Numbered from the stretch's first letter, positions 36,992 to 50,548 are shown. The stretch: DNA of 64,000 nt from Octopus bimaculoides (GCF_001194135.2 NC_068998.1:900619-964618), one strand, 5' to 3'. Notes: generated by a model not told the origin, from the letters alone. Made by a program: numbers and translations.

Positions 36992-39900
36992 GAGAGAGAG
37001 AGAGGGGGGGGAGAAAAGACAGACAGACAGATAGATAGAGAGACGGAGAGAGAAATATAAATATATATCTTTTATATTTTACTTGTTCCAGTTACTAGAC
37101 TGTGGCCATGCTGGGGCACAGCCTGGAAGAATTTTAGTTGGCCAACCAAATCAACTCCAGTGCTTAGCATTTTACATTTTTTTAGTCTGGAACTTATTCT
37201 GTTGGTCTTTTTCACAAAAATGCTGTTACAAGGATGTAAGCAAACCAACACTGGTTATCTAGCAATGGTGGGACACACACACACACACACACACACACAT
37301 GATGGGCTTCTTTCAGTTTCTGTCTGTCAAATCCCCTCACAAGGCTTTGGTAGGCTCAATACTATAGCAGAAGACACTTGCCTAGGGTGCTATGCAGTGG
37401 GACTGAACCAGGAAACATGTGGTTAGGAAGCAAATCTCTTACGACACATCCACACCCGCACCATGTGTGTGTGTGCATGTAAATGAGCTTCCCTGCCATA
37501 CAAGCGTTGTCCTCTATTTCCAATCTTGAGTGTAAGCATGCCTGGCCATGAATGAATTTTACCATTTTTGGAAACAGGTGAGGGTTGTTGAGAGGAAGGG
37601 CATCTGGCTCAATGAATTCCATCTGACACATGCAAATATGGAAAAGTAAATGTTAAAATGATGAGGATGAGGAGGGGAGATTTCACTTAGGCATAGCAAT
37701 AATAATAACCTGGTGCTAGGGTTCAATATACAAACGCTTCAGAGTAAAGAATTAATTGATTAATTAAGAGCATAATATGAAGTTAAATAAGGGAAATAAG
37801 AATTATGTAATCAACTTCATTAGCTTGCAGCTATTTCTGCTATAAGATGCAGTGTACTCAGGGCTGAATGCTTGTGCATGAACTTATAGCTTCTTCAGAG
37901 CTTCTGAAATGCAAGTTTGTTTGGAAAAGCAGAAGATATATCAGAAGACATACTGAAGACATATCAGATTTGACAGATAGATTCATAGAGCGAAGGATAG
38001 AAAGATAGATTTGTAACCAAAAATAAAAGAAAGCAACACCACCACCAACACTAACAATAGTAAATGAGATGAAAAAGGAAGTCCAGTAGAGAAGGTACCT
38101 CTTGTTGAAGTCTGAGAACTTCACGGTGCATATTGGCAGCTGAGTAGGCACAAGCACAGGGCTCTGACTTTTGTCCTCTGCATATACAAGCGCCCAGGAC
38201 AGCCATCTGTAATATGGAATCAAAAGAAGGAACTAGAAAACAACATGTATTAGGGTTTACATGGAATCAGTGGCAGATCTCATCAGCCTGTGATGAGACC
38301 TCCGACCTGACTATGCACGGTATGGTAGTGGTTCTTTTAAATTGAGTGGTTATGTGAAAGCATGTGGTTGTGTGTGTGTGTGTGTGTGCATGCGCATAAC
38401 AAAGTGACCCACCTCTGAAGTTGTAAAACTGCTGTATCGATCGTTTGGGTTGCAGTGGATACGGTCATACTTCACCTTGTCTTGGATATCAAGCAGGGCC
38501 AATAACTCATCTCTTTCTCTGGTTATAGCTGGTATAGTAATGGAAACAATAGAAAGCTTTATGTATCATCATCATCATCATCATCAACATTATCATCTTC
38601 ATCTTAGAATACCAAATAAGGATTCCTTACCCATTTTCTGTGAAAGGACTTTCTGTAATTCTTCAGATCGTTTTTCCAAGGCATTGAGTAATTTTGCATT
38701 TTCATTGCAAGCACTTTGTGATGAGAGGAAAAAAGAAAGATAAAAATCGATGAAATGCGAAAGATGGAGAGAATTTGAAGTGAAGAGATTAACTGCAATA
38801 TTTTCCATGTTGGCATTGGTCGGAGGGATATTTTTATTTGAGTTGTATCAATATGACTGTCCTAAATGAAAGTCATATTAAATAAGACAATCCTAAATAC
38901 ACCGTATCTGAATAAAAGATGAGTTGGTCATATTTGGAAAGTCCTTGTGCCGAGTCTATTGGATCAAGTTTGACCAGGATCTATACTACTACTGCTGCTC
39001 TTGTAAAACTCTGGTAGAACTGGTAGATACAGTTGGTAGAACGAGAAGGAAGGAGACGGAATGAGAAAGAAGGATCACAAAGAAAAGAAAAGAGAAAGAA
39101 GGAAGAAGGAAAATAAAGGATAAAAAAAGACAGTAATGGGGGCAGTGAGGGGAAGGTGATGTGTGATATAACACACACACACACGCACACACACACGTAC
39201 ATACCACACGTATATCTGTGAATGTGTATGAGTGTGTGTTATGACAAGGGAATATGGATATTGTATGAAAGGGGAATAACAGCTGATGTGGAGCTGATTA
39301 GAAACTTAAGAACAGCTGTTGGTATTCTCTCTTCCCCCCCTCTCTCACCCTCTGTCTTTCCACATCTCTGTCTGTTAGTCACAAGTTCTTATCTTCCTTC
39401 TGCCCGCCTTTCCCTTCCTGCCCTCCCTTCCACCCTCTCACCACTTATGAAGTTTGTGTGAATATTCAGTCGACGTAGATTAATCATGCAATTATTCTCT
39501 TAAACACCATTTCATGAGTATACGTCAGAGACAGTCGTTAAGTCCTTCACTGGTACATACACTCATATACACGTGTGTTTATACACACACACATACACAC
39601 ACACACGCACATACACATGTGTGTGTGTGTGTGTGTGTGTGATGATGATGGTAGTTTATATTTATCATGCCAACATGGAAGGCAGATGTTAAGCAACGAT
39701 GATGATGATGATATATATATGTATACACACACACACACACACTCATGCCATATTTTCCCTGTCCAGAGGTATCCAGTAATAGGGCATTTCCACAAGGTAG
39801 TGGACAGTGAAACGACCTTTAATTAGATGTGTCCAGGTCAAACCTACAAATAAATCAACTTCATTACTAAGAAGCCGTTGAGAAGCAACCATTGCAGGTG

Positions 39901-42900
39901 TCACCTGCATGCAGTGACCTAGCAATTAACACAGGTGCATCTATAAAAAGATTGAACAAACCCTATGAAAATGCTGTGCTAAAACGGTCGCCTTTAAATG
40001 GACCTTGTTATTTAAGGGTTAGGTAGAGCAAGCACTTGTCTTTTTGGTTTGGAGTGAAGGGTGGGTGGGTCAGGATGGTGTCTGTGTATGTTGGGGAGGA
40101 CATGAGTACCTGGAACAGGTGGGTAGGTGTCTGGACATATTTGATTACAGGTGATGACAAAGAGAGAGAGAGACAGACAGACAAACGGATAGATAGACGG
40201 AGTGTGTGTGTGTGTGTGTATGTGTGTGTGTGTATATGAGTGTGTGTGTGTGTGTGTGCATTATGTTAGCAGTAACAGAGGGAGTTACAGATAAAATTCA
40301 TGGATCCGCAGTGTATCCCAGCTGTTGTTTCACTTTACCCCAAAAGAGGCAACCAGAAGATTGATACCTGACATATATTCCCAGAGAGCTAACCTTAGCA
40401 AAAGCATGAGTAAAAGCAGCAGCAAAGTACAAAGAAAAGTGAGTTGGGGCATCCTACTTGACACCATTCTCTACAGGAATGGGTCCTGCCATGCCACCAC
40501 CAACATTGACCCAAGCCTCCATCCCATCATGAAATGATTTAATTATAGATACAAAGTGATCCGGACATCCAAGTTTGCCAAGTATTTTCCATAGAAAGGC
40601 CCTATTCACAGTACATACATACATACATACAAAGTACATATATATAAACACACACACACACGCTACAAGTATATATATATGTATGTGTGTGTGTATATTT
40701 TGCAATATATATATTTGTGTGTATGTATGTATGTGTGTGTGTGTTCTAAAGATAAAAAGATTTTTTTAAAAAAGCGTCCAATGAATGGACAGGTATATTA
40801 AGTGAAGAGTACATAATTTATTTTCTCATTTTGCATCACATGGGACTGACTGAAAAGTGGTGGCAGTGGGGCGTCTAATTTTTGTTTAACATCAATAAAA
40901 TTTACCATGGTGGCGGCGGTGGTGGTAGTAGTAGTAGCAGTAGTAATAGTAGTAGTAGTAGTAGTAGTAGTAGTTGCTGTTGTTTCAATGTTTTGGCCTA
41001 CTGTGACTGAATGCATTACAATAAACACACACACACACACAGAAACAACATATGTGGCTGATCTCCCCAGACATTGGTGAATCAGTGTGTGGGGAGATCC
41101 AGCTGTTCACTGACCTCTTTATTATTTCATCAACCCAAAAGGGTGAATATTGACTAGTGGTGGTGGCGACAGCAGCGGTGGTGATAGTGGTGCTAGTGGC
41201 AGTAGTGGTGGTGGTGGTGGTGGTGGTGGTGGTGGCGGGCGTGGTGGTGATGGTGATGGTGGTGGTGGTGGTGGTGGTGGATGTAGAAATGTGGAGTACA
41301 ACATTAAAAGTCCTGATATTTCCTCTTACATACCAAGTTCAAATCCTACCAAAACCATCTACACCTTCCATTCTTCCAGGGTCAATAAAATAATACCAGT
41401 CATCTTCCAGGGATAGTCAAATTGATTCCATGCTTCCCGGGGTTAATTATGCTTCCCACCTAGAATTTCTAGCTTTGTTCCATTGTGCGGTACCTTAATT
41501 TATATTTATTTAGAAGCGGATGGAGGAGTGTTCTCTGTGGAGTGTTTCATCAGTCTCCTCAAATGATGGTGATGATGATGCTGCTGATAATGGTGGTGAT
41601 GATGATGATGATGGTAAGAGAGATGATAATGGTGGTGATGATGATGATGGTGACGATGAAGGAAGGAATCCTGTTACAAAAAGGAGGACTGACCTATCAA
41701 ACCTATGAGCCCACGTCTGCTGGCTGTCCATCAATGTGGTCTCTTGGAGGCCCAAAGCAAACTGAAGACTGTTCACTGCCTGATGAAGAAATACAGAGAC
41801 ACAGAAGGCAATTTAATGACAAACCACAATTGTTTGGTAAGAAATAAGTTTTTGAATTCAGTCTCAGACAAGACCCTTACAATGAAACGAGACCTTTCCT
41901 GGCTGTTTGTTGTTGATTTGTAATGGTCTATTGTTTTGTCCAGCGTGCTCACGATTCTGCCAGCTTCCTGCCTTAATGGACAAAATGCCCAGCAGCTCTT
42001 TGTCCAGCCAAGGGTTCTTCCCCAACAGCAATAATTCTTTTCTTAAAGATTATTTCATAAGTAAATGCAGTAATTATTTTACCTTAACAAGTTCTTCATT
42101 TTCAGATTTGATCTTCTTCTCCAAATTACTGCTTTCTTTGCGAGACATTTCCATCTTGTTGAAGGGATTCCAATCAGAAGAAAAGATAAGGATTAACAAA
42201 GAATGACAGATGGAAAAAATAGGTATTAGATTAAAAAATATAAAAGCAACAAAAGAGAGATAATGTTGATTATTTCTTTCATTAGCAGATGGTTTCATAA
42301 TAGGGTGATAATAGGTAATTCCAACGAAACGTGTGTGGAATATAGTACCGAGACGAAGTGAGGAACTAAACTCATGTTTGAATCCAGACATTAAGAGTGC
42401 TGAAGGACTCATCACCTGTCCCTTAAATTATTAGGGTTTATGTGACATCATTCAATGATTGTGTCTGTCAAAGCTAATAATCCTTTTCTGTTATAGGGCA
42501 CAAGGCCTGAAATTTGGGGGCTGGGGAGAGTGGATTACATTGCCCCCCCCCCCCAGTACTCAACTGTTACTCGTTACTTATTTTATCAACCCCAAAAGGA
42601 TGAAAGGCATAGTTGACCTCAGTGGAATTAGAACTCAGAATGTGAAGATGGACAAAATACTGTTAAGCATTTCACCCAATGTGAGAGTACAGTCAATTAA
42701 ATAACCGATAGCACCTGAGTACATTGGTACTTTAGTACATTGGTACTTTAATATATTGGTACTTTAGTACATTGACCTCAGAAGGAAGAAAGGCAAAGTT
42801 GACCTCAGTATGACCCTATTCTGAGATTTTATTAATTCTGCCATTCTAGACACTTAGTCTGGTATTTTACCATTCTTGCTAGCCAAATATCAGAACAATG

Positions 42901-44352
42901 TTAGTGGAATGGTTAATGTTTCTTGCTAAAAGACAAACAAAACACAACAATCAAGTCCAAAATGGTTCAATCTTTCTAGGCACCCCTCACCTGTTGTTTC
43001 AATATTCTAATAGCTTCATACTTTGATTCCAATCTCAGTTGACAGTTTTCAAATTCCATCTTTATTTCTTCAACTTCCTGCAAGTAATTCAAACAAAATT
43101 TGGTAAAATACTTTTAATTTCTGCTTTATAAACAACCTCCAGACCTGCTTCTTCTTGAGAAATGACCATCCCCCCCACCCGACACCACTTACTCTACAAT
43201 AATCTCCATCCATTGACAGCAAGCAATAATTCATATTCACCACAGATTGCCTGCCTGCATCACTCATCCTCCTCCTTCACGACTGATATCTCTATACAAC
43301 CAGCATCACAACTCATGCTTCATACAATAATGTGCCTCACAACTTCACAACACACACACACTTCATACAGCCTCACAATAAAGGCTTCACACTGTTATAT
43401 GTCTAAAACACATTTGTGCATGTGTTTGTGTGTGTGTGTGTTTGTATGTCTGTATTATAGAGAACATGTGAAATTACTTGACTACGAAATCTGTTGTTTT
43501 TGTCTTATTTCATTAAACAAAAAAAACATGCAACATCAACAGTGAGGAGGTCACAAGCCCCAGACCGTTTAATCGTGGACAGTGAGAAATGGAATTTAGG
43601 AAAGACATAATTACCTGAATCATGAATATTAATTTTTTCTCATAGTTTTTCTCTTGATTTGGTTTGAAACGGAACTTTTTTACATGAGCTGAAGAGAGAG
43701 AGAGGGAGAGGGAGAGGGAGAGAGAGAGAGACAATGAAAATATTGTAATTCATGTGATTTATGTGTTGGGAAAAGGGTGATTGATGACTTAAGAGGGAAT
43801 GATTGATGAGTTGGGAGTAAGTGATTGTTGTGGAGGTGGTAGTGCTAAGGAATGATAAATGCATTGGGAGAAGGGTTAATGATGATTTAAGAGAGAGTGA
43901 TTGATGATTTGGGAATGAGTGACTGATGAATGGATAGTGGTATTGATGTGTTGAGTGATGAGTGATGTGCTGGTATTGGCTGATGTGAATTTTTTAATAA
44001 ACATTCTCACTACAGCAATAAAAGTTATTCCTTTATTAACCACAAAGGGTTTACATTAAGGAAAACAATATGGACAGCACAGGACAAATAGAATGTGGGG
44101 TTAGGATGATAATAATAATGATAATAATAATCCTTTCTACTATAGGCACAAGGCCTGAAACTTTGCGGGAGGGGCTAGTCAATTACATCGACCCCAGTGT
44201 TTCACGGGTACTTTTTGCATCAACCCCAAAAGGATGACAGGCAAAGTCAACCTTGGTGTGATTTGAACTCACAATCTAAAGACAGATGAAATGTTGCTAA
44301 GCATTTTGCCCAGCATGCTAACAATTCTGCCAGCTCACCACCTCCAATAATG

Positions 44353-44427
<75 letters not shown>

Positions 44428-45594
44428 CTGTCAATCTTGAGAATTTCTACACCTTTAACTGCTGCCAACAATCCTTCAAATTATATTTAACCATCTTGAA
44501 GAGAACGACACGTTGAACATTGGAGTCATTGATCTACAGACAGAAGAGATAGTCATGGATGCATCCCCACTAATTATATGTCGTTTTGATCAGAAGCAAT
44601 CCAGGATTAAACAATGAAATAGGTCTGCTGGATCAGGGCTGACTGACCTGGGGCTAAAAACTAACAACAACAACAATGACTTATTGAATTCCATGAAAGA
44701 ACCTGAAGTCACTCACAATTACTTGGTTCTTGATTCACCGGCTGAGTTGCCCCTGGCAACAAGAGGTCATGACCTTGTAATAGATGAGCTAATGTTTCCT
44801 GGATCCGATAACTGGGACGTTGAAATGATGCTGGTCTCGGAGCATCTAAGCTTTCATGGTATGTAACTGGTTGGGTTGTGCTGTCTCTGGACTTGATGTG
44901 TTCCATGTGCGGTTGAGTTAATGTTACTGAGGAATATAAATGACAACAATAACAACAACAATGACGACGATATTATTATTGTTGTTAATAATCTTTTCTT
45001 TTAACCTTATTTATGACAACTTGTAATATGGTATTTCAACTTTATAATATGTTTATTTATGTTATAAAAATTTCTGATTTATCACAAAACCCACAAAATC
45101 TTAGGAGATGATTAGGTAAGAAATCTAATGACTTAGCACATTGCTGGCATATTTTTTCTTTTCTTTTTTACCCCAGAATGTTAAAATGCAAAGTCAATCT
45201 TGGCTAAAATTTGAACTGGGACCTTAAGGAACTTATCTGAATATCAAAAGCTAATTCATTTGATGGTCTTCCAATTCTATGAATCTGTTTTCTTATCGTT
45301 TTCTTGCACAGCATATAACAGGTATTGCATGTTATCGATCCCAGAATTATGATAAGGAAATAAAAACCTCAGCATGATTTGAACTCAGAACTCAGAAAAA
45401 GGCATTGCTAAATACTGCAAGGCATTCTGAGGGCTGAAAAAGACACAATCCCAGACATTAGAATATACTCCTGTAGACCGATGTCTAAGGGACAGCTTTG
45501 TGTGTAAGGCTTGTCAAAAGATATGTAGAAGATTAACAGGCTTAAAGAAGGGTTCTTCCTGATACACAAGTATATGTATGTATGTATGTATGTG

Positions 45595-45685
<91 letters not shown>

Positions 45686-46650
45686 GAATGGGACGGAGAG
45701 AGAAAGATTACAAAGAGGAGAACCATACAAGAGGTGTACGTGACAATACGTTGAAGTTTAAGTTTAGATAAGTTAGGTAGATTTATCCCTGTTGATTTTA
45801 GACTATTGGCATCTGTGACAGACTTCAGTGTCTTTGTCTAACATATTTCTACACACGCGTGCACGCGCACATACACTTGTGTGTATGTGTGTGTGTGTGT
45901 GTACTCATGATGGATTTTTGTGTCAATTTTGACATCAGTGTTCTAATTAATCAATGGAACCGCCTACATATTGTACTCTAGTGCAGGTATCCCCATACTG
46001 TCTTCCATATTGTACTCTAGTGCAAGTATTTCCATGATGTCGTCACAGTCACTAACCTACATGGTTCTATCTACAGTCCAAACGTGACCAACCGCAGTAT
46101 TATATTCAAGGCCACTCTATTCATTCGTTTTTAAGACCGTAAGTTAAAATTTGAAGAAGATTCGGCTGCTATGTATAGCAGGTCGAGTGATTGCCTAACG
46201 GTCGCCCCCCCCCNNNNNNNNNNNNNNNNNNNNNNNNNNNNNNNNNNNNNNNNNNNNNNNNNNNNNNNNNNNNNNNNNNNNNNNNNNNNNNNNNNNNNNN
46301 NNNNNNNNNNNNNNNNNNNNNNNNNNNNNNNNNNNNNNNNNNNNNNNNNNNNNNNNNNNNNNNNNNNNNNNNNNNNNNNNNNNNNNNNNNNNNNNNNNNN
46401 NNNNNNNNNNNNNNCCCCCCCCTCAAAACTTTAGAAGTAAATAAATAAAATCACAGACACCGCTCAAAAAATGCGTTGGATCGGAAAGAATCACTGAACA
46501 CAACCCCCTTTAGCGATTAACGATTGGTCAGAATTTGATTTTAATGTCTGATCTTCGCACATAAACCAGTCAGGTTCTTGTTTTTACTCTGGCAAAAATC
46601 ACATTTTTTGATTCAATTATTTCTTTGTCAGACTCCACTAAGCACTTGCT

Positions 46651-46686
<36 letters not shown>

Positions 46687-47544
46687 TGCCTTAATTACAT
46701 GAACTGAAATCTAGAGAACATCCTTCAGTAGGGCCATGCAAATTTTTTAAACAGCAAAAAATATAAATAAATGAATAAATGAATGAAATAAAATAAACTG
46801 AAGCATTATTTTTATGAAGGAATAACTCTCACGAATCATGAGTGACACTCAGCTAAATCTCTCGCAATCGCTCCAAATACTAAATCTTATTATCCCCGAG
46901 CATTCCTCCACCTTCTGGCTTACGGACAAGTTTTGTTTTTTGTTGTCAAAATATTTTCCCATGTGGTTTTCATTATGATAAGGAGTATTGCTTCTAAATT
47001 ACATTAGTAACACCTACTGCCTATCCTGAGTGTTTCTTGTGGCTGGTGCCTGATGAACCTGTCAGTTTGTACCCATCGACATTTGACCTGTGACACAGCG
47101 ACCCCACCTCTCCCGTTCCACCCAAGGAAAAAGTCTTTCATTGTCACAAATCGAATCCATTTGGTTGTGAAATAATTTCCACCGCTACAGATATTATTTT
47201 GTATCGCTCTTAGAGCCGAATACTGCGTCTTTGTATTCACCAGCACCAATTAATCTCTAACAGGCTTGTCTCCTAATTGCATTTGGGGTTCGATAGCTGA
47301 AGATGAAATAAAATCGATCGCTGCAAGAATTTGGTGGAAGACATTGCGTGGATCTCCTATAGAAACATATTCACGCAGAAATCCTTTGGGAAGTGGCAAA
47401 CAAAAAAAGAAGGAAAAACAATAACAAAGAATACATAACTAAAAGTCGAAAACAATGACAATAACAACGCCCAAAAAGTCTACTGACAAAGTAACTTGAC
47501 CTGCTAAAAATAGCTGCGCCAATCACTCTCAGATCACACCATGC

Positions 47545-47579
<35 letters not shown>

Positions 47580-47929
47580 GGTTTATATTAGAATTGGTAC
47601 CTATGTATATACATATATGTAGTATGTTACCAGCAAATGTTGTTTTACCTTACCGTGAAGTCAGTGCTACGGTACACAGAGAGTCCTTCTTGTTGATCTG
47701 CCTAGATTCTAATGAATCCTGTAACTAATCTATTTTAATATTTAAAACAAGTTTGATTCGGTCCCACGCAACTTAAACTTTCGTTGGTTCGTTACTGGAG
47801 CCTAACTGGTCGGGTTCGGGTTCCTGTAACGAACTTACGAAACATTTTAAGTTCCATGAGACCAAATCAAACTATTTTTAATAATAATAATAATAATAAT
47901 TATTATTATTATTATAACAACAACAACAT

Positions 47930-47992
<63 letters not shown>

Positions 47993-48028
47993 TATGTNNN
48001 NNNNNNNGTGTGTGTGTGTGAGAGAGAG

Positions 48029-48071
<43 letters not shown>

Positions 48072-48375
48072 ATGCGATTTAGTTCTTACCTTGCTGACTT
48101 GTTATGTATCTACTACAGACGCTACAGTGCGGAGGATTTTCTTGATTTAAAGAACAGGTGTGAGTCTGGACAAACGGTGGGGTTCGATTAGAATAGTTTT
48201 GCATGATTGCAACTGGCTGCTCATAACTACAACAACTGTTTGTAGCCAAGGCAGAACAAGAGCCTCTACTGATGTTTGGTTTGAAACCGCCTGGTTTCAA
48301 GCCAAGTCCCAGACCGAGATCACCGGACACCAAATCTTCCTGTAAATGTTCTCGGCTTTCTTCGGAGTTGGTCAT
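35665..48375 (-). CDS. CCDC125: Coiled-coil domain-containing protein 125 homologue, 12 coding exons, 1662 nt / 553 aa: complement join(48090..48375, 44717..44926, 43615..43688, 42991..43077, 42083..42154, 41694..41779, 38631..38713, 38413..38528, 38099..38206, 36688..36889, 36176..36357, 35665..35820)
   Basis: All introns are GT-AG and the phases close to an uninterrupted ORF. Motifs match recalled human CCDC125: EDLVSGDLGLGLGLKPGG (human DDMTEGDLGYGLGRKPGG), EVEEIKMEF..EAIRILKQ, MAVLGACICRGQKSEPCACA (LAVLGACLCHGPGGNPCSCA), DSFMMANAYRYAFEEQL (EAYVMADAFRIAFEQQL), LQEKSETLAYQK (LNDKEEALAHQR). Confidence 0.88.
36176..36357 (-). CDS. CCDC125: CCDC125 coding exon 11 (SSLLKQSLRRDS...PHLITVLLEM)
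   Basis: ctgcag|...GAAATG|gtaagt, phase 1/0. Confidence 0.86.
36688..36889 (-). CDS. CCDC125: CCDC125 coding exon 10 (LELSQQQTQDSFMMANAYRYAFEEQL...ESVLDL)
   Basis: ccacag|...TTAT|gtaaga, phase 0/1. Confidence 0.9.
38099..38206 (-). CDS. CCDC125: CCDC125 coding exon 9 (MAVLGACICRGQKSEPCACAYSAANMHREVLRLQQE)
   Basis: ttacag|...CAAGAG|gtacct, phase 0/0; conserved CxC...CxC cluster. Confidence 0.9.
38413..38528 (-). CDS. CCDC125: CCDC125 coding exon 8 (ITRERDELLALLDIQDKVKYDRIHCNPNDRYSSFTTSE)
   Basis: taccag|...TCAGAG|gtgggt, phase 1/0; LLALLDIQ resembles human ALAMLDIK. Confidence 0.85.
38631..38713 (-). CDS. CCDC125: CCDC125 coding exon 7 (ACNENAKLLNALEKRSEELQKVLSQKM)
   Basis: cacaaag|...ATGG|gtaagg, phase 2/1. 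Confidence 0.83.
40330..40612 (-). mobile_element. RTE LINE reverse-transcriptase core fragment
   Basis: NRAFLWKILGKLGCPDHFVSIIKSFHDGMEAWVNVGGGMAGPIPVENGVK, continuing as ...TLFSLYFAAAFTHAFAKVSSLGIYVRYQSSGCLF. Confidence 0.85.
41694..41779 (-). CDS. CCDC125: CCDC125 coding exon 6 (AVNSLQFALGLQETTLMDSQQTWAHRFD)
   Basis: catcag|...GATAG|gtcagt, phase 0/2; resembles human INALQWEIEF..EESWIQKYDR. Confidence 0.82.
42083..42154 (-). CDS. CCDC125: CCDC125 coding exon 5 (MEMSRKESSNLEKKIKSENEELVK)
   Basis: caacaag|...AAG|gtaaaa, phase 0/0, coiled-coil composition. Confidence 0.75.
42716..42775. repeat. 16-bp tandem repeat (AGTACATTGGTACTTT) x about 3.5
   Basis: Read directly from the sequence. Confidence 0.85.
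42991..43077 (-). CDS. CCDC125: CCDC125 coding exon 4 (EVEEIKMEFENCQLRLESKYEAIRILKQQ)
   Basis: ttgcag|...CAACAG|gtgagg, phase 0/0; resembles human EVEILKTELEASQRQLRGKEEALKILQ. Confidence 0.88.
43615..43688 (-). CDS. CCDC125: CCDC125 coding exon 3 (HVKKFRFKPNQEKNYEKKLIFMIQ)
   Basis: cttcag|...ATTCAG|gtaatt, phase 1/0. Confidence 0.78.
43770..43980. repeat. Degenerate about-20-bp repeat (GAGTGATTGATGATTTGGGA-like)
   Basis: Recurrent GTGATTGATGA core just upstream of the CCDC125 exon 3 acceptor. Confidence 0.6.
44717..44926 (-). CDS. CCDC125: CCDC125 coding exon 2 (TLTQPHMEHIKSRD...QEPSN), low-conservation linker
   Basis: cctcag|...AATT|gtgagt, 210 nt open, phase 1/1 fits both neighbours; no recognisable homology. 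Confidence 0.7.
45967..46044. repeat. 39-bp tandem duplication (CATATTGTACTCTAGTGCA...)
   Basis: Copies start at 45967 and 46006. Confidence 0.85.
48090..48375 (-). CDS. CCDC125: CCDC125 first coding exon (MTNSEESREHLQEDLVSGDLGLGLGLKPGG...TSQQ)
   Basis: Acceptor tctgcag at 48399-48400 implies an upstream exon; donor CAAG|gtaaga; conserved GDLG-x-GLG-x-KPGG motif. Confidence 0.85.
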
Positions 48376-48899
48376 GACCCCGGATAGCGAGATTACGTCT
48401 GCAGAGATAATAAATGCTATAGGTATATATCAATCCGTGTTTATCAGAAGAGAGAGGACTGTCTCCGTCATGAAGCCCCCTCCAAAAGGTTTGGCAAAAC
48501 GAGAGCATGTGTAGTCATACAGTAGTCGCTCTCTGTCCTTTTGTGTGTTGAGGTTGACTGAGTGGTTAACGACAGTGAGTGGAGGCGAATTTAGGTGTGT
48601 CACTAATGGTTTGTACACAGATCTGTCGTTGTTTTGTGATCGCTGTATATTTTTGAAACACCTATAGACAGGTAGTATTGCCCCCCTCACTCTCTTTCTT
48701 TCTTTCTCTCTCTCTCTCTCTTTCTCTCCCCATTCTTCGTCACTTTAGTGGCTGGTGATAGCTGTGGGAATTGCATGCATATCTGCTCACACACTCACAC
48801 CAATGTGCATGCATACATACATACATACATACGTATAAAATGTGGGCGTGTGTGTATGTGTTTGTATTTGTGTATGTGTGTGTGATTGTGTGTGTGTGT

Positions 48900-48935
<36 letters not shown>

Positions 48936-49168
48936 CTATTTGACATACGTATTCCATTTGCCAGTAATGTAGCCACAGACACGATTAAAACTAATTTCAC
49001 TGTTGGGCTTTGGGTTACTTTAGCGTCGTTGAATCACACACGCGCGCGCAAACACAAAGGTGTGTATATCCACTTGTTTATTGGGAAAAGTTTTTAATTA
49101 TCTTTACCGCATTATTACGTCTGTAGAAAATTAGTTTCTTGGCTTTTTTTTGTATGTGGTCACTACTG

Positions 49169-49218
<50 letters not shown>

Positions 49219-50199
49219 GCCACTGCTACTGTTGCTGTTGTAGTGACCTTGTCGTCAGTAGTGAGAAGACATTCCTATCATTCATTGTCACAGAATACAA
49301 TAGTCAAAACGAGGTGAAGTTTGCAACAACCAGTTTTCGATGTCTTATTTATAAGTCGAAGACATCAGAACAACGCTGAGGGTTTCAATATAGATAAATG
49401 ACTAAATAAATCCGTTGAGGGAAGGTATGAGATTCGTTTGAATAAATACAAAAGTATTTAAATATATATTGTTATATTTTGGGACGGACATTTTTTAAAT
49501 ATTTTTACCAAAGACACGCACTATATGTTCGTTCGTTCGTTCGTTCTTNNNNNNNNNNNNNNNNNNNNNNNNNNNNNNNNNNNNNNNNNNNNNNNNNNNN
49601 NNNNNNNNNNNNNNNNNNNNNNNNNNNNNNNNNNNNNNNNNNNNNNNNNNNNNNNNNNNNNNNNNNNNNNNNNNNNNNNNNNNNNNNNNNNNNNNNNNNN
49701 NNNNNNNNNNNNNNNNNNNNNNNNNNNNNNNNNNNNNNNNNNNNNNNNNNNNNNNNNNNNNNNNNNNNNNNNNNNNNNNNNNNNNNNNNNNNNNNNNNNN
49801 NNNNNNNNNNNNNNNNNNNNNNNNNNNNNNNNNNNNNNNNNNNNNNNNNNNNNNNNNNNNNNNNNNNNNNNNNNNNNNNNNNNNNNNNNNNNNNNNNNNN
49901 NNNNNNNNNNNNNNNNNNNNNNNNNNNNNNNNNNNNNNNNNNNNNNNNNNNNNNNNNNNNNNNNNNNNNNNNNNNNNNNNNNNNNNNNNNNNNNNNNNNN
50001 NNNNNNNNNNNNNNNNNNNNNNNNNNNNNNNNNNNNNNNNNNNNNNNNNNNNNNNNNNNNNNNNNNNNNNNNNTTATGAATATATTCTCATGCATATGTA
50101 TGTACGTATGTATGAATATATACATACATATATACGCTTAAGCGTGTATGTGCATCTATGTAGGATATGTGTGTATGTATGCATATATAAGCACATGCA

Positions 50200-50234
<35 letters not shown>

Positions 50235-50484
50235 AACTAAGCAGGTCTCCGTTGATCTCGACGACGAAAAGTCAGTTATTCAACCCCCCTGAACGAATGT
50301 TTAAGGCACTGATCATTCCCAAGACGTGTGTATTCTTAATGTATTCATCAAGTGTAGAGACTTTTATGGTATTTGGGCGGGTGGGGGGCATTAATCATGC
50401 AACTTAAGGGTAAAAGACATTTGACGAGAATAGCAGGGTTGAACATGAGACTCAGAGATTAACCACTTGGCCATACGTGCACCG

Positions 50485-50548
<64 letters not shown>

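Noticed and set aside
41941-42050. Candidate CCDC125 exon between exons 5 and 6
   Set aside because: It has a stop in the required frame and overlaps a SINE fragment; exons 5 and 6 already join in phase.
47004-47249. 81-aa - strand ORF in CCDC125 intron 1
   Set aside because: It has no recognisable homology, and the flanking exons join in phase without it.
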